In this document: piece by piece, positions 37,576 through 45,637 of the stretch | Numbering within the stretch: the first letter of the stretch is position 1 | How the letters are laid out: the number at the start of each line of letters is the position of its first letter | NCBI GenBank assembly: GCA_016176335.1 | Contig: JACOXI010000006.1 | Span: forward strand, 12,788-76,787 | Length of the DNA: 64,000 nt | Direction: 5' to 3' | Source: Candidatus Daviesbacteria bacterium | GTDB lineage: Bacteria; Patescibacteriota; Microgenomatia; Daviesbacterales; UBA10151 | Made by a program: the position numbers and the translations under genes | Notes under the pieces: model-generated | The model's input: the letters and a program-made list of their open reading frames with translations, nothing else | The model's database searches: none | What the model was told of the DNA's origin: nothing

Positions 37576-38166
37576 TTATTTCTTCCATTCGATATGGCCA
37601 TTTACATTATGTTTCTCATAAACTTCTAAAACTTCTGTCACAAAGGCTAATACTTCCTGATGCCCTTCTTTTTTGGCCAATTTATACATTCTGATAAACA
37701 TCTTTTTACCGGATTCAGTTTGTTTTAGGTTTTTCTTAAGAAAGTTGCAGCGACTACAAAGCGTCTGGCCGTTATCGATAGTAGATTTTCCACCCTGATC
37801 TCTTGGAATCACATGATCTACATGTAATACTGCTCCTTCTCTGGTTCCCATCCCACATTGCACACATTTATATTTGTCTCTTTCGAAAATTGTTTTCTTT
37901 TGAGCAGGGGTAAAACTATCTAATTGGCGTTGGTCAACAAATCGTGGATCATACCTATAAATTCCTGTGCGTATTTTAATAAGGTAACCACTTTGGTGCA
38001 GTTGTCTTATTTGGCGATCAGGATCGCGAAAGATTTTACCTGTTCTTTTCTTATATTTATCAGTTGCCCAATCTACTATTTCCGGATGTGAAATATCCCG
38101 ATTGGGGTTTTTCTTAAAAAACTCCATAATCAGTCTTGCTTGGGATATACTATTTTTATTATTCAT
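37576..38166 (-). CDS. HNH endonuclease with N-terminal DNA-binding domain (putative restriction endonuclease)
   Basis: CVQCGMGTREGAVLHVDHVIPRDQGGKSTIDNGQTLCSRCNFLKKN. Confidence 0.8.
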   Translation of the reverse strand: MNNKNSISQARLIMEFFKKNPNRDISHPEIVDWATDKYKKRTGKIFRDPDRQIRQLHQSGYLIKIRTGIYRYDPRFVDQRQLDSFTPAQKKTIFERDKYKCVQCGMGTREGAVLHVDHVIPRDQGGKSTIDNGQTLCSRCNFLKKNLKQTESGKKMFIRMYKLAKKEGHQEVLAFVTEVLEVYEKHNVNGHIEWKK

Positions 38167-38173
38167 TGCTTAA

Positions 38174-39010
38174 TTAGAAAAGATTTTCTTGGTCAATCTT
38201 TGCTTCAAGTTTTAATCGTTTAATGGCTAAATCACAATATTCCTTATCGATATCTACACCTAGGCCCTTACGGTTATTTAAAGAAGCAGCAATCAGTGTT
38301 GTTCCACTACCCAGAAATGGATCTAAAACAACATCACCAATAAAACTAAATAACTTAATACATCTTCTTGGTAACTCTATGGGGAATGGTGCTGGATGAC
38401 CAATTTTCTTTTTGCTTTCACCGTTAAAAGTCCATATCCCGTTTGTCCATTCCATAAATTCTTGCTTTGTGATGTCATTTTTTCTACTCCCTCCTGTTTT
38501 TTTCCAACTATCTTTATACAAAACCAAAATCAACTCTACCGGAGCAATAACATAAGGAGCGGAAGCAGACATAAACGAACCCCAAGCGGTGCGACGAGAT
38601 ATGTTTCCTTCGTTCCAAATAATCGTTGAATGATACTTCCAACCAACATCTTTTGCAATTTTTGTAATGTCCGCGCCAACTGATTTTTGTCCGCCTTTAT
38701 TTTTATCAAGTGGAATATTTAGTAAAAAACGCCCTTCATTTTTTGCCAAGTCAAAACATTTCTTAATCCACTTTTGAGTAAATTCTAAATAATCCTCATA
38801 AGTCAGATCATCAGCATGGGAATTGTAGTGAATATCAACATTATAGGGCGGTGAAGTAACGATTAGATCAATACAAGATTTAGGAATGGCTGTAATCTTC
38901 AAAAAATCTTCGTTGTAAACAAGGATATCCTTACTCTTAAAGTAAGGTCCTTTTGTCTTACTTGTGAAATTTACCTCTTCTGATTGATAGTTTACCATTA
39001 TATTCCCCAT
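38174..39010 (-). CDS. DNA methyltransferase, beta-class (SPPY motif IV before FxGxG motif I); likely N4-cytosine or N6-adenine
   Basis: IDLIVTSPPYNVDIHY and LDPFLGSGTTLIAA. Confidence 0.85.
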   Translation of the reverse strand: MGNIMVNYQSEEVNFTSKTKGPYFKSKDILVYNEDFLKITAIPKSCIDLIVTSPPYNVDIHYNSHADDLTYEDYLEFTQKWIKKCFDLAKNEGRFLLNIPLDKNKGGQKSVGADITKIAKDVGWKYHSTIIWNEGNISRRTAWGSFMSASAPYVIAPVELILVLYKDSWKKTGGSRKNDITKQEFMEWTNGIWTFNGESKKKIGHPAPFPIELPRRCIKLFSFIGDVVLDPFLGSGTTLIAASLNNRKGLGVDIDKEYCDLAIKRLKLEAKIDQENLF

Positions 39011-39025
39011 AATTATTTTTCCTAA

Positions 39026-39661
39026 TTACCCATTGATTTTACTCTTCCCAAGTATACCTACAACTTTACCTTTCAAAGTTACCCTTTCCGTAAAATAGAT
39101 AATATCATACTTGGGATTTTCTGGTTTTAAGTACAAATAGGGCGGTTTATCTTCCGACATAAATCTTTTAACAGTTGTTTCACCATCCACATCTGCCAAA
39201 ACTATATCTCCGGATGAAAACTCTTTGGCACTTTTAACCAAAACTATATCTCCACCTTCAATCCCCGCATTAATCATGGAATCTCCGGAAATTTTTAGAA
39301 TAAATACTTCATCTTGCAAACGGGCAACATCAGGTGAAATTGTTTGCCACTGCCCACCAATCTCTACAGCAGAAATCGGAGAGCCAGCATGGGTAATGCC
39401 CAAAAAAGGAACAAAAGGAGGTTTACCAAGTACCTCGTAGCCTAAAGGTAAAATAGCTATTCCTCTGGCTTGAGATTCGTTACGCTTTATAAGCTGTTGA
39501 TCTTCCAGTTTAACGAGTAGATCGAGTATTGATTGGTTAGAAACTACACCAAGGCTGCTTTTCATTTCCTCAAAAGAAGGGGGGTAACCTGTGTCTTTGA
39601 TATATTTATATATCACATCAAGAAGCTGTTTTTGCCTTTCGGTAAGAGAAGATTTACCCAT
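39026..39661 (-). CDS. lexA: LexA repressor (canonical: HTH plus S24 peptidase)
   Basis: LTERQKQLLDVIYKYIKDTGYPPSFEEM..., GDSM, VKRF. Only 15 nt upstream of the methyltransferase gene. Confidence 0.85.
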   Translation of the reverse strand: MGKSSLTERQKQLLDVIYKYIKDTGYPPSFEEMKSSLGVVSNQSILDLLVKLEDQQLIKRNESQARGIAILPLGYEVLGKPPFVPFLGITHAGSPISAVEIGGQWQTISPDVARLQDEVFILKISGDSMINAGIEGGDIVLVKSAKEFSSGDIVLADVDGETTVKRFMSEDKPPYLYLKPENPKYDIIYFTERVTLKGKVVGILGKSKING

Positions 39662-39667
39662 AAATTC

Positions 39668-39697
39668 AATATACTAGACCATATAGTCGGGTGTCAA
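39668..39697 (-). promoter_or_regulatory. lexA promoter TTGACA-18-TATATT; ATG 6 nt after the -10 (leaderless-type); imperfect palindrome GACCATATAGTC in the spacer
   Basis: Read on the minus strand: cctcTTGACAcccgactatatggtctagTATATTgaatttATG. Confidence 0.55.
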
Positions 39698-39745
39698 GAG
39701 GGGAAAATCCGGTTTCCTCTTGTATCTGCTTCATTTAAACTCATA

Positions 39746-39775
39746 TTTTCTTCCCCATATTAAACCATACTTTAA
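39746..39775. repeat. 30-bp direct repeat copy 1 (TTTTCTTCCCCATATTAAACCATACTTTAA)
   Basis: Near-identical copy at 40827-40855. The two flank the RhuM-like gene. Contains CCATA-N5-CCATA. Confidence 0.8.
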
Positions 39776-39784
39776 GAATTTATT

Positions 39785-40777
39785 TTAGCTTTTTCCTTTC
39801 TTTAGTAATTTCTTAGCCATTTTGTCAAAATCGGAGATATATTTTTTATCTTCTATTCTTTTATATTCCACAAATTCCCCGTCAGCCTTACCCTGCGCTT
39901 GTTCCATACTTACCTTGCCGGCATTTTTCAATATACCTTTACCCATCAACGTAAGGTACTCATCAAGCTTCTTGACCCAGCCTTTCATTGTCATCGCTTT
40001 CTCGTTTATTGCTTGAATTTCAGCAAAAGAAAGATAGGCATCAATAATACGATTAAGCATTTGCAGCTCTTCTTCATAAAGATAATTTTTTGCGATATAG
40101 ATATCTCTTTCAATCGGATGGTGACCTGGAAAGTTTGTCAGACCAAGATTCTTTTTATTTTTATTAACCCGTTCCACTATAATTTCGGCCGCTGTTTTAC
40201 CTGTTACCGCGTAATGCATCTTGTTTTGCACGGTTTTGAAAAAAAGATCAGTCTCTTTAGCATTTTTGCGATAGTCAATAGATGTTGCATAAATATCCGT
40301 TACTTTTTGATATAACATCCGTTCACTGCTGCGAATATCACGAATTCTCTGTAACAACTCTTCAAAATATCGGGATTTGCGCCCTCCTTGCTTAAGACGT
40401 ACATCATCAAGAGTAAAACCTTTTACTATGTATTCTTTCAATCGTTCTGTTGCCCATATCCGAAATTGTGTACCCCGGACAGAATTTACTCTATACCCAA
40501 CTGAAATGATTAAATCTAAATTATAGTGTGCTACTTGGTATGTACGGCCATCAGATAGATGTTGTGCAAATTTTGCACTAGTTATAGTTTGATCTAGTTC
40601 CTTGGTTTGATAAATATTTTTAATGTGCTTTGTAATACCGGTTCTGTCTGTTTGAAATAGATTTGCCATCTGATCCTGCGTCAACCAGGCTGTTTCATCT
40701 TCAAAATGAACATCAACGGAAATTATGCCATCCTCTGATTTATAAATAATTACCTGATCTTCACTTATCTTTTTCAT
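39785..40777 (-). CDS. RhuM-family protein (virulence-protein RhuM / DNA-damage-inducible DinD-like)
   Basis: N-terminal block IIYKSEDGIISVDVHFEDETAWLTQDQMANLF...HYNLDLIISVGYRVNSVRGTQFRIWATERLKEY. Confidence 0.75.
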   Translation of the reverse strand: MKKISEDQVIIYKSEDGIISVDVHFEDETAWLTQDQMANLFQTDRTGITKHIKNIYQTKELDQTITSAKFAQHLSDGRTYQVAHYNLDLIISVGYRVNSVRGTQFRIWATERLKEYIVKGFTLDDVRLKQGGRKSRYFEELLQRIRDIRSSERMLYQKVTDIYATSIDYRKNAKETDLFFKTVQNKMHYAVTGKTAAEIIVERVNKNKKNLGLTNFPGHHPIERDIYIAKNYLYEEELQMLNRIIDAYLSFAEIQAINEKAMTMKGWVKKLDEYLTLMGKGILKNAGKVSMEQAQGKADGEFVEYKRIEDKKYISDFDKMAKKLLKKGKS

Positions 40778-40826
40778 AGTTTTACCTTTCTTAAATTCTC
40801 TAAAATTTCTTTTTCTAATTTTCGCC

Positions 40827-40855
40827 TTTTCTTCCCATATTAAACCATACTTTAA
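40827..40855. repeat. 30-bp direct repeat copy 2
   Basis: 29/30 identical to 39746-39775. Confidence 0.8.
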
Positions 40856-40878
40856 ATTTAGGGTCTACTCCTTCGTCC

Positions 40879-40892
40879 TTCGATTACACTCA
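40879..40892. repeat. 14-bp direct repeat TTCGATTACACTCA (tRNA T-arm-like), copy 1
   Basis: Identical at 41916-41929. One-mismatch copy at 41940-41953. Confidence 0.75.
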
Positions 40893-40970
40893 GGACTTTG
40901 GAAGTACAAGTAGGGACTGGGGTTTAGGGTATAGTCGGAAACAAAAATAATTAACGGATTCTGTGGATTA

Positions 40971-41240
40971 CTACTGGTAATCTTTTCTGTCTACTATTCT
41001 TCCGTCTGAATCATGAACGAATACTGCTGTTCCAAGATTTTTTGCAATTGACTCGGCATATTTTGCCGCTTCTTGTTGTGTATTAAATGATTGGCTCATT
41101 TTCTCTGACAATAAACTTTTTACAATCCACCCATTTTCTCGCGGAAGAACATGCTGATCTTTTTTTCCTTTTTCAACAGCTTCTTTATACGCAAGAATGG
41201 TTGGATTGTCCTGATCGGTTTTATACGGTATTTTTTTCAT
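40971..41240 (-). CDS. DUF2188-family small protein
   Basis: HVLPRENGWIVKS...FNTQQEAAKYAESIAKNLGTAVFVHDSDGRI. Confidence 0.6.
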   Translation of the reverse strand: MKKIPYKTDQDNPTILAYKEAVEKGKKDQHVLPRENGWIVKSLLSEKMSQSFNTQQEAAKYAESIAKNLGTAVFVHDSDGRIVDRKDYQ

Positions 41241-41245
41241 AATAG

Positions 41246-41407
41246 TTATTCCTTTATGGACGCTATATACGAAATTATATCACCTTCAGTCAATTGTTTG
41301 CCAGATAAATAATCGATTAATTTTTGTCTATTATCAAATTCTATATGGACAAATTGTAATTTTTCATCTGAGGTATATGAGCTTTCCACAATATTAATTT
41401 TAACCAT
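41246..41407 (-). CDS. Small hypothetical protein (53 aa; below the ORF-track cutoff)
   Basis: ATG...TAA ORF (MVKINIVESSYTSDEKLQFVHIEF...) filling the gap between the P-loop and DUF2188 genes. Same strand, 8-nt and 5-nt spacers. Confidence 0.4.
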   Translation of the reverse strand: MVKINIVESSYTSDEKLQFVHIEFDNRQKLIDYLSGKQLTEGDIISYIASIKE

Positions 41408-41414
41408 AGGATAT

Positions 41415-41849
41415 TTACGTTACCCATAACAGTGTTCTTCTTGATCCTGCATGTGTCATGTAAAAATGAGCATCGCTAAACTTTCTATCTCTGTTTAGAA
41501 AAGCAATAAAAGCTCGCTTTAGATCATCAGGTATTACTGCATAAATAATAGGTTTCTTTTTTGCTTTTAAAATCTTTTTAAGTTTTATCCCGGCACCTTC
41601 CTCTGTAGATAAAGTGGCATCTAAAATGATGCAGTGCTTGCGATTTAGCTGTGTTACCAAAAATTCTGTTTTTCCAGATGCGGTTCCTCCACATAATAAG
41701 ATTACCTCTTTAAAGGGGTTTTCTTTTAGGGCTTTTTCAAAATTCTTATCAGCTAATCTAGCAGATTCACGATGAAAGAATTCCGCTTTTTCAGGAGAAT
41801 AGTTTGGTAGCTTTTTCTTGATTTCGTCTGCCGAGATAACTAGAGGCAT
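41415..41849 (-). CDS. Small P-loop NTPase/kinase (zeta-toxin/AAA_33-like Walker A)
   Basis: VILLCGGTASGKTEF Walker A. 144 aa. Confidence 0.5.
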   Translation of the reverse strand: MPLVISADEIKKKLPNYSPEKAEFFHRESARLADKNFEKALKENPFKEVILLCGGTASGKTEFLVTQLNRKHCIILDATLSTEEGAGIKLKKILKAKKKPIIYAVIPDDLKRAFIAFLNRDRKFSDAHFYMTHAGSRRTLLWVT

Positions 41850-41915
41850 ATCTTTTTTTCTACATATTGAAACACAGTTATACTTTTAAATTCTACCAGG
41901 GTAATCTTAGCATGG

Positions 41916-41953
41916 TTCGATTACACTCACCACAGGTACTTCGATTATACTCA
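41916..41953. repeat. Two tandem copies of the 14-bp repeat (TTCGATTACACTCA ccacaggtac TTCGATTATACTCA)
   Basis: Together with 40879-40892, these bracket the 3-gene cassette at 40971-41849. Confidence 0.75.
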
Positions 41954-42001
41954 GTGCCATGGCAAAAATGAGGAGAGTTAGATAGCGAAAGTAGGAGGGA
42001 T

Positions 42002-42676
42002 TTATCCTGCCTTCCGCAAGGATGAAATCGCAGCAAGAAAATGTGCAGCTTTGTACAGTCTGTCAGGGTTTTCAACAGACCCTCTCTGTAAGACTGCTTG
42101 TCTTACTATAGCCTCAACTATCCCGATAGTACCCCAGACAGTTTCCGGTGTAATATTATATTTCCAGAAAGAAGGATGTAACATAAGACCTGTATCATCG
42201 TCTGCAGGAGTAATACCTAAATAATAGAAATTAACGGTTTCTGCTTGAGCAAGATTTCTTAAGGTCATTGCAAAAGCTAAAGCTACTGACAGACTAAATC
42301 CATAGTTAGGTTCCACCATCGCCCTAGACGGGAATAAACCATTGATAAATCGTGTTGCTTCATCTTCAGTGGAAATTCCTACCTTCCGAAGAAACCTGGT
42401 AGGATCAATTTTACCCGACTTGTAACTATCCATTTGAAATAATAGTCTAAATCCTTGTCTGGCCTTATCAAACATTCCAAATAAATCATTTGCACCTGCT
42501 CTGCCTCCAACAGGTATTGTTGTTACAGGGATATTTAGGCCTGCTAGATTTAATCTATCAACAACTCTTAGCATTCCATCAATAGCTACTCTGGATACAA
42601 AATTCAATCCACCTGCAAAAGTAGGTGTCTCGGGCATACCTTCCCGGTAAACTTCCAGTTCAAGATTGTTAGACAT
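42002..42676 (-). CDS. Hypothetical protein (no recognisable domain; higher GC than neighbours)
   Basis: 224-aa ORF of atypical composition. Confidence 0.45.
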   Translation of the reverse strand: MSNNLELEVYREGMPETPTFAGGLNFVSRVAIDGMLRVVDRLNLAGLNIPVTTIPVGGRAGANDLFGMFDKARQGFRLLFQMDSYKSGKIDPTRFLRKVGISTEDEATRFINGLFPSRAMVEPNYGFSLSVALAFAMTLRNLAQAETVNFYYLGITPADDDTGLMLHPSFWKYNITPETVWGTIGIVEAIVRQAVLQRGSVENPDRLYKAAHFLAAISSLRKAG

Positions 42677-42695
42677 AATGGGTTTATAGTATAGA

Positions 42696-42711
42696 ACACA
42701 ATATATTGTGT
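42696..42711. promoter_or_regulatory. Perfect 16-bp palindrome ACACAATATATTGTGT in a divergent promoter region, ~20 bp upstream of a TATAAT box
   Basis: Self-complementary 16-mer. The TATAAT sits 8 nt before the flippase ATG at 42742. Confidence 0.5.
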
Positions 42712-42741
42712 CAAGTATTTCTTATCTGTATAATTCATCAA

Positions 42742-43977
42742 ATGAAAGAAATTTTAAAACAATCATCCTGGCTTTTCACAGCACAATTGCTCACCAGAAT
42801 CATCAGTTTTTTTTATACAATCTATCTTGCCAGAATTTTAGGGGTGTCGGAGTTTGGTCTTTTAACTGTGGCTCTTGCCTACTTTTCCATTATTTCATCA
42901 GTGTCCGACCTTGGTTTTAATAGATTTCTCATCCGGGAAATTGCCAGAGGTAAAATAAAAATCCAAGAGCTCATCTGGAACATTGCGATGTTGCGGTTGA
43001 CTCTGACATCAGTCTTGTTTGCTGTCTTTTCAATATTTCTCTATATCCTCGATCCGGATAAAATGAGAGTGAGTTTAATTCTTTTGGCCACCCTTGCCAT
43101 CTTGCCTCAATCAATAGCTTTAACCTTTGATGCTGTATTTGTGGGACTTAGAAAATTACAATTTTCCGCAATATCTCTACTTCTGTCCGGTTTGGCTACA
43201 GTGGCAATAGGTATTTTTTTAGTTAGTAGGGGACTGGGTCCTACTGGTGCTATCAATGCCATAATTTTTGGACAACTGGTTTATGTCTTGGTTCTTTTCT
43301 TCTTTTTCTTGAAGCACGAAGGTGTCACTTTGCAATCGATAAAATTGCCGATATTAAAACAAACAATTACCGGTTCCTTACCATACGGGTTGCTGGGAAT
43401 AATGGGACTGCTGTATTTTAAGGTGGATGCTATTATTTTGTCTTATTTTAGGGGCAGTTTTGAAACAGGTATTTACGGGGCGGCCTACAGGTTTTTAGAG
43501 GCAGCCACTTTTATTCCCTACGCCTTCTTTGCCTCATTGTTTCCGGTTTTGGCAAAAGCTCATGACTTATCTCCGGCTTCGGTTAAACAATTGTATTTTA
43601 AATCATTGAAAATAATGGCGCTCCTAGGTTTTATTTTGGCAGCGGCTTACTTTTTTATACTCCCGCAAGTGATTTATATTTTTTTACCGGACTATCTTTT
43701 GTCAGTTGGGGCCATCAAGATTTTAGCCTTTTCCATTCCCTTCATGTTTCTTCACACTCCGGCAGTGGCAGTCCTTTTTTCTACTGATAAATATTTAAAA
43801 AAAGTGTTACTTTTTTCAGCTGTAATTTTGGGCTTTAATATAGTAGTAAACCTGATATTTATTCCCCGGTATGGTTTTTTGGCCGCATCCTGGATCACTG
43901 TTATATCAGAGGCGCTGTCATTTATAGTCTTTTTTCTGTTTACTCAATTTCAAATTCTTCAAAGAAAACATCAATGA
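42742..43977 (+). CDS. Polysaccharide/O-antigen flippase (MOP superfamily, Wzx-like)
   Basis: 12-14 TM helices, Wzx-like N-terminus MKEILKQSSWLFTAQLLTRIISFFYTIYLAR. Confidence 0.75.
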   Translation: MKEILKQSSWLFTAQLLTRIISFFYTIYLARILGVSEFGLLTVALAYFSIISSVSDLGFNRFLIREIARGKIKIQELIWNIAMLRLTLTSVLFAVFSIFLYILDPDKMRVSLILLATLAILPQSIALTFDAVFVGLRKLQFSAISLLLSGLATVAIGIFLVSRGLGPTGAINAIIFGQLVYVLVLFFFFLKHEGVTLQSIKLPILKQTITGSLPYGLLGIMGLLYFKVDAIILSYFRGSFETGIYGAAYRFLEAATFIPYAFFASLFPVLAKAHDLSPASVKQLYFKSLKIMALLGFILAAAYFFILPQVIYIFLPDYLLSVGAIKILAFSIPFMFLHTPAVAVLFSTDKYLKKVLLFSAVILGFNIVVNLIFIPRYGFLAASWITVISEALSFIVFFLFTQFQILQRKHQ

Positions 43978-44660
43978 CTGTTTACGAAAAGATTTTTAAA
44001 AAACACGGATTATCTATTACCCAACAGGAGATTCTGGATTTGGTAGGTCGCGAAAAAACCGTATTGGAAATAGGGCCGTCCGCAGGTTATATGACTGATA
44101 TTTTTTTAAAAAACGGTTGCGTGATAGATGTAGTGGAAACCGACAACAATGCCTTTGTTAAAATACCAAAGTTAGTTAGAAAAGCTTTACATTACTCGAT
44201 AGATGATCAAAATATTCAAAAATTTCTGGGCAGAGATTATGATTTTATTATCATGGCAGATGTGTTGGAACATTTGGTTGATCCGGAAAAATCATTGAGG
44301 GTTCTTTCTAAAATTGCCTTAAATAAAACCAAACTGATTGTCTCTTTGCCTAATATTGCCTGTTGGGCCATGAGAAAACAACTTTTTTTAAGAGGTGATT
44401 TCGAATATCAAAGCAGTGGCCTGTTGGATAAAACTCACCTCCATTTTTATACCCCTAAATCGCTGCCGAAAACCCTTTCGGAAAACAACTGGAAAGTGGA
44501 AAAAATGATCGGGACAATAACACGTCTGCCGTTTGACCACAGCATAAGCAGATGGCCGATTTTGGGATGGCTATATAAAAAAGTTATCCGCTCCAAATTG
44601 GTAGAAAGATTTAAAAATTTGTCATATTATCATTTTTTGGTAATTGCCTCAAAAAGATGA
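43974..44660 (+). CDS. Class I SAM-dependent methyltransferase
   Basis: VLEIGPSAGYMT (motif I) and IIMADVLEHLVDP. Confidence 0.75.
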   Translation: MTVYEKIFKKHGLSITQQEILDLVGREKTVLEIGPSAGYMTDIFLKNGCVIDVVETDNNAFVKIPKLVRKALHYSIDDQNIQKFLGRDYDFIIMADVLEHLVDPEKSLRVLSKIALNKTKLIVSLPNIACWAMRKQLFLRGDFEYQSSGLLDKTHLHFYTPKSLPKTLSENNWKVEKMIGTITRLPFDHSISRWPILGWLYKKVIRSKLVERFKNLSYYHFLVIASKR

Positions 44661-45637
44661 ATAAGACTGGTGTTTGTGTAATTATTCCCAACTGGAACGG
44701 TCAGCAGTTACTGAAAGATTGCCTCAACTCATTAAAAAGTCAAACTTATAGAAAATTTCAGATAATAGTGGTTGATAACGCCTCTGTCGATGATTCGGTT
44801 CAATATGTCAAGAAGAATTTTCCCGAGGTGATTGTTATTGGACTTGACAAAAATTATGGTTTTGCAAAAGCCATCAACGAAGGAGTTAGAAACGCAAATT
44901 CCGATTATGCGGTTTTTTTAAACAATGATACATATGCGGACAAAAATTGGTTAAAAGAACTTATAGCGATGGCAGATATTCACCCGGAGGTGATTTCTGT
45001 AGGCTGCAAATTGTTAAATTATTACCGGCGCAAAATAATTGATGGAGTGGGGATTATGATTAATGAAGTAGGTCAGGCCAGGTCATTAGGTTATCAGGAG
45101 GAGGATCAAGGACAGTATGACAAAGTAAAGTACATTTTTGGAGCAACAGCAGGAGCTGCTCTATTCAAAAGATCAGCGTTTATAAAGTTAGGAATGTTTG
45201 ATGAAAATTTCTTTATGTATTCGGAGGAGGTGGATTTTGCATTCAGAGCCCAATTTTCAGGTTATAAATCCATATTTTGCCCTAAAGCTATTGTCTATCA
45301 TAAGCATAAAGCCAGCGCTGGAAAATTGCCGCAACTTATTGAGTACTGGCAGTTTAGGAATATGTATCAAACCATCATTAAAAACTTTCCCATCAGGGTA
45401 ATCTTTAGAAAATGGAGGTGGTTAAAAATAATTTTGGTATATTTCAATACCATCATTTATCAAATAAAACTGGGTTTCATCTTGCCGCCAATTTTGGTGA
45501 CAGTATATCTAATTGTCAATTTACCCAGATTAATTATGCAAAGATATAAAATTCAAAAAAGTAAGCAGGTTTCAGATCAATATATAGAAGGTTTCTTCCA
45601 ACAGAAGAAAATTACTTTTTGGGGACTGCGGAAATGA
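44657..45637 (+). CDS. Glycosyltransferase family 2
   Basis: VCVIIPNWNGQQLL...IIVVDNASVDDS and a DxD region. Confidence 0.85.
   Translation: MNKTGVCVIIPNWNGQQLLKDCLNSLKSQTYRKFQIIVVDNASVDDSVQYVKKNFPEVIVIGLDKNYGFAKAINEGVRNANSDYAVFLNNDTYADKNWLKELIAMADIHPEVISVGCKLLNYYRRKIIDGVGIMINEVGQARSLGYQEEDQGQYDKVKYIFGATAGAALFKRSAFIKLGMFDENFFMYSEEVDFAFRAQFSGYKSIFCPKAIVYHKHKASAGKLPQLIEYWQFRNMYQTIIKNFPIRVIFRKWRWLKIILVYFNTIIYQIKLGFILPPILVTVYLIVNLPRLIMQRYKIQKSKQVSDQYIEGFFQQKKITFWGLRK

Noticed and set aside
41893-42075. 60-aa ORF on the minus strand overlapping the 14-bp repeat region and the 3' end of the 42002-42676 gene
   Set aside because: It overlaps a longer ORF and the repeat elements and has an unusual Cys/His-rich low-complexity sequence. 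It is probably spurious.
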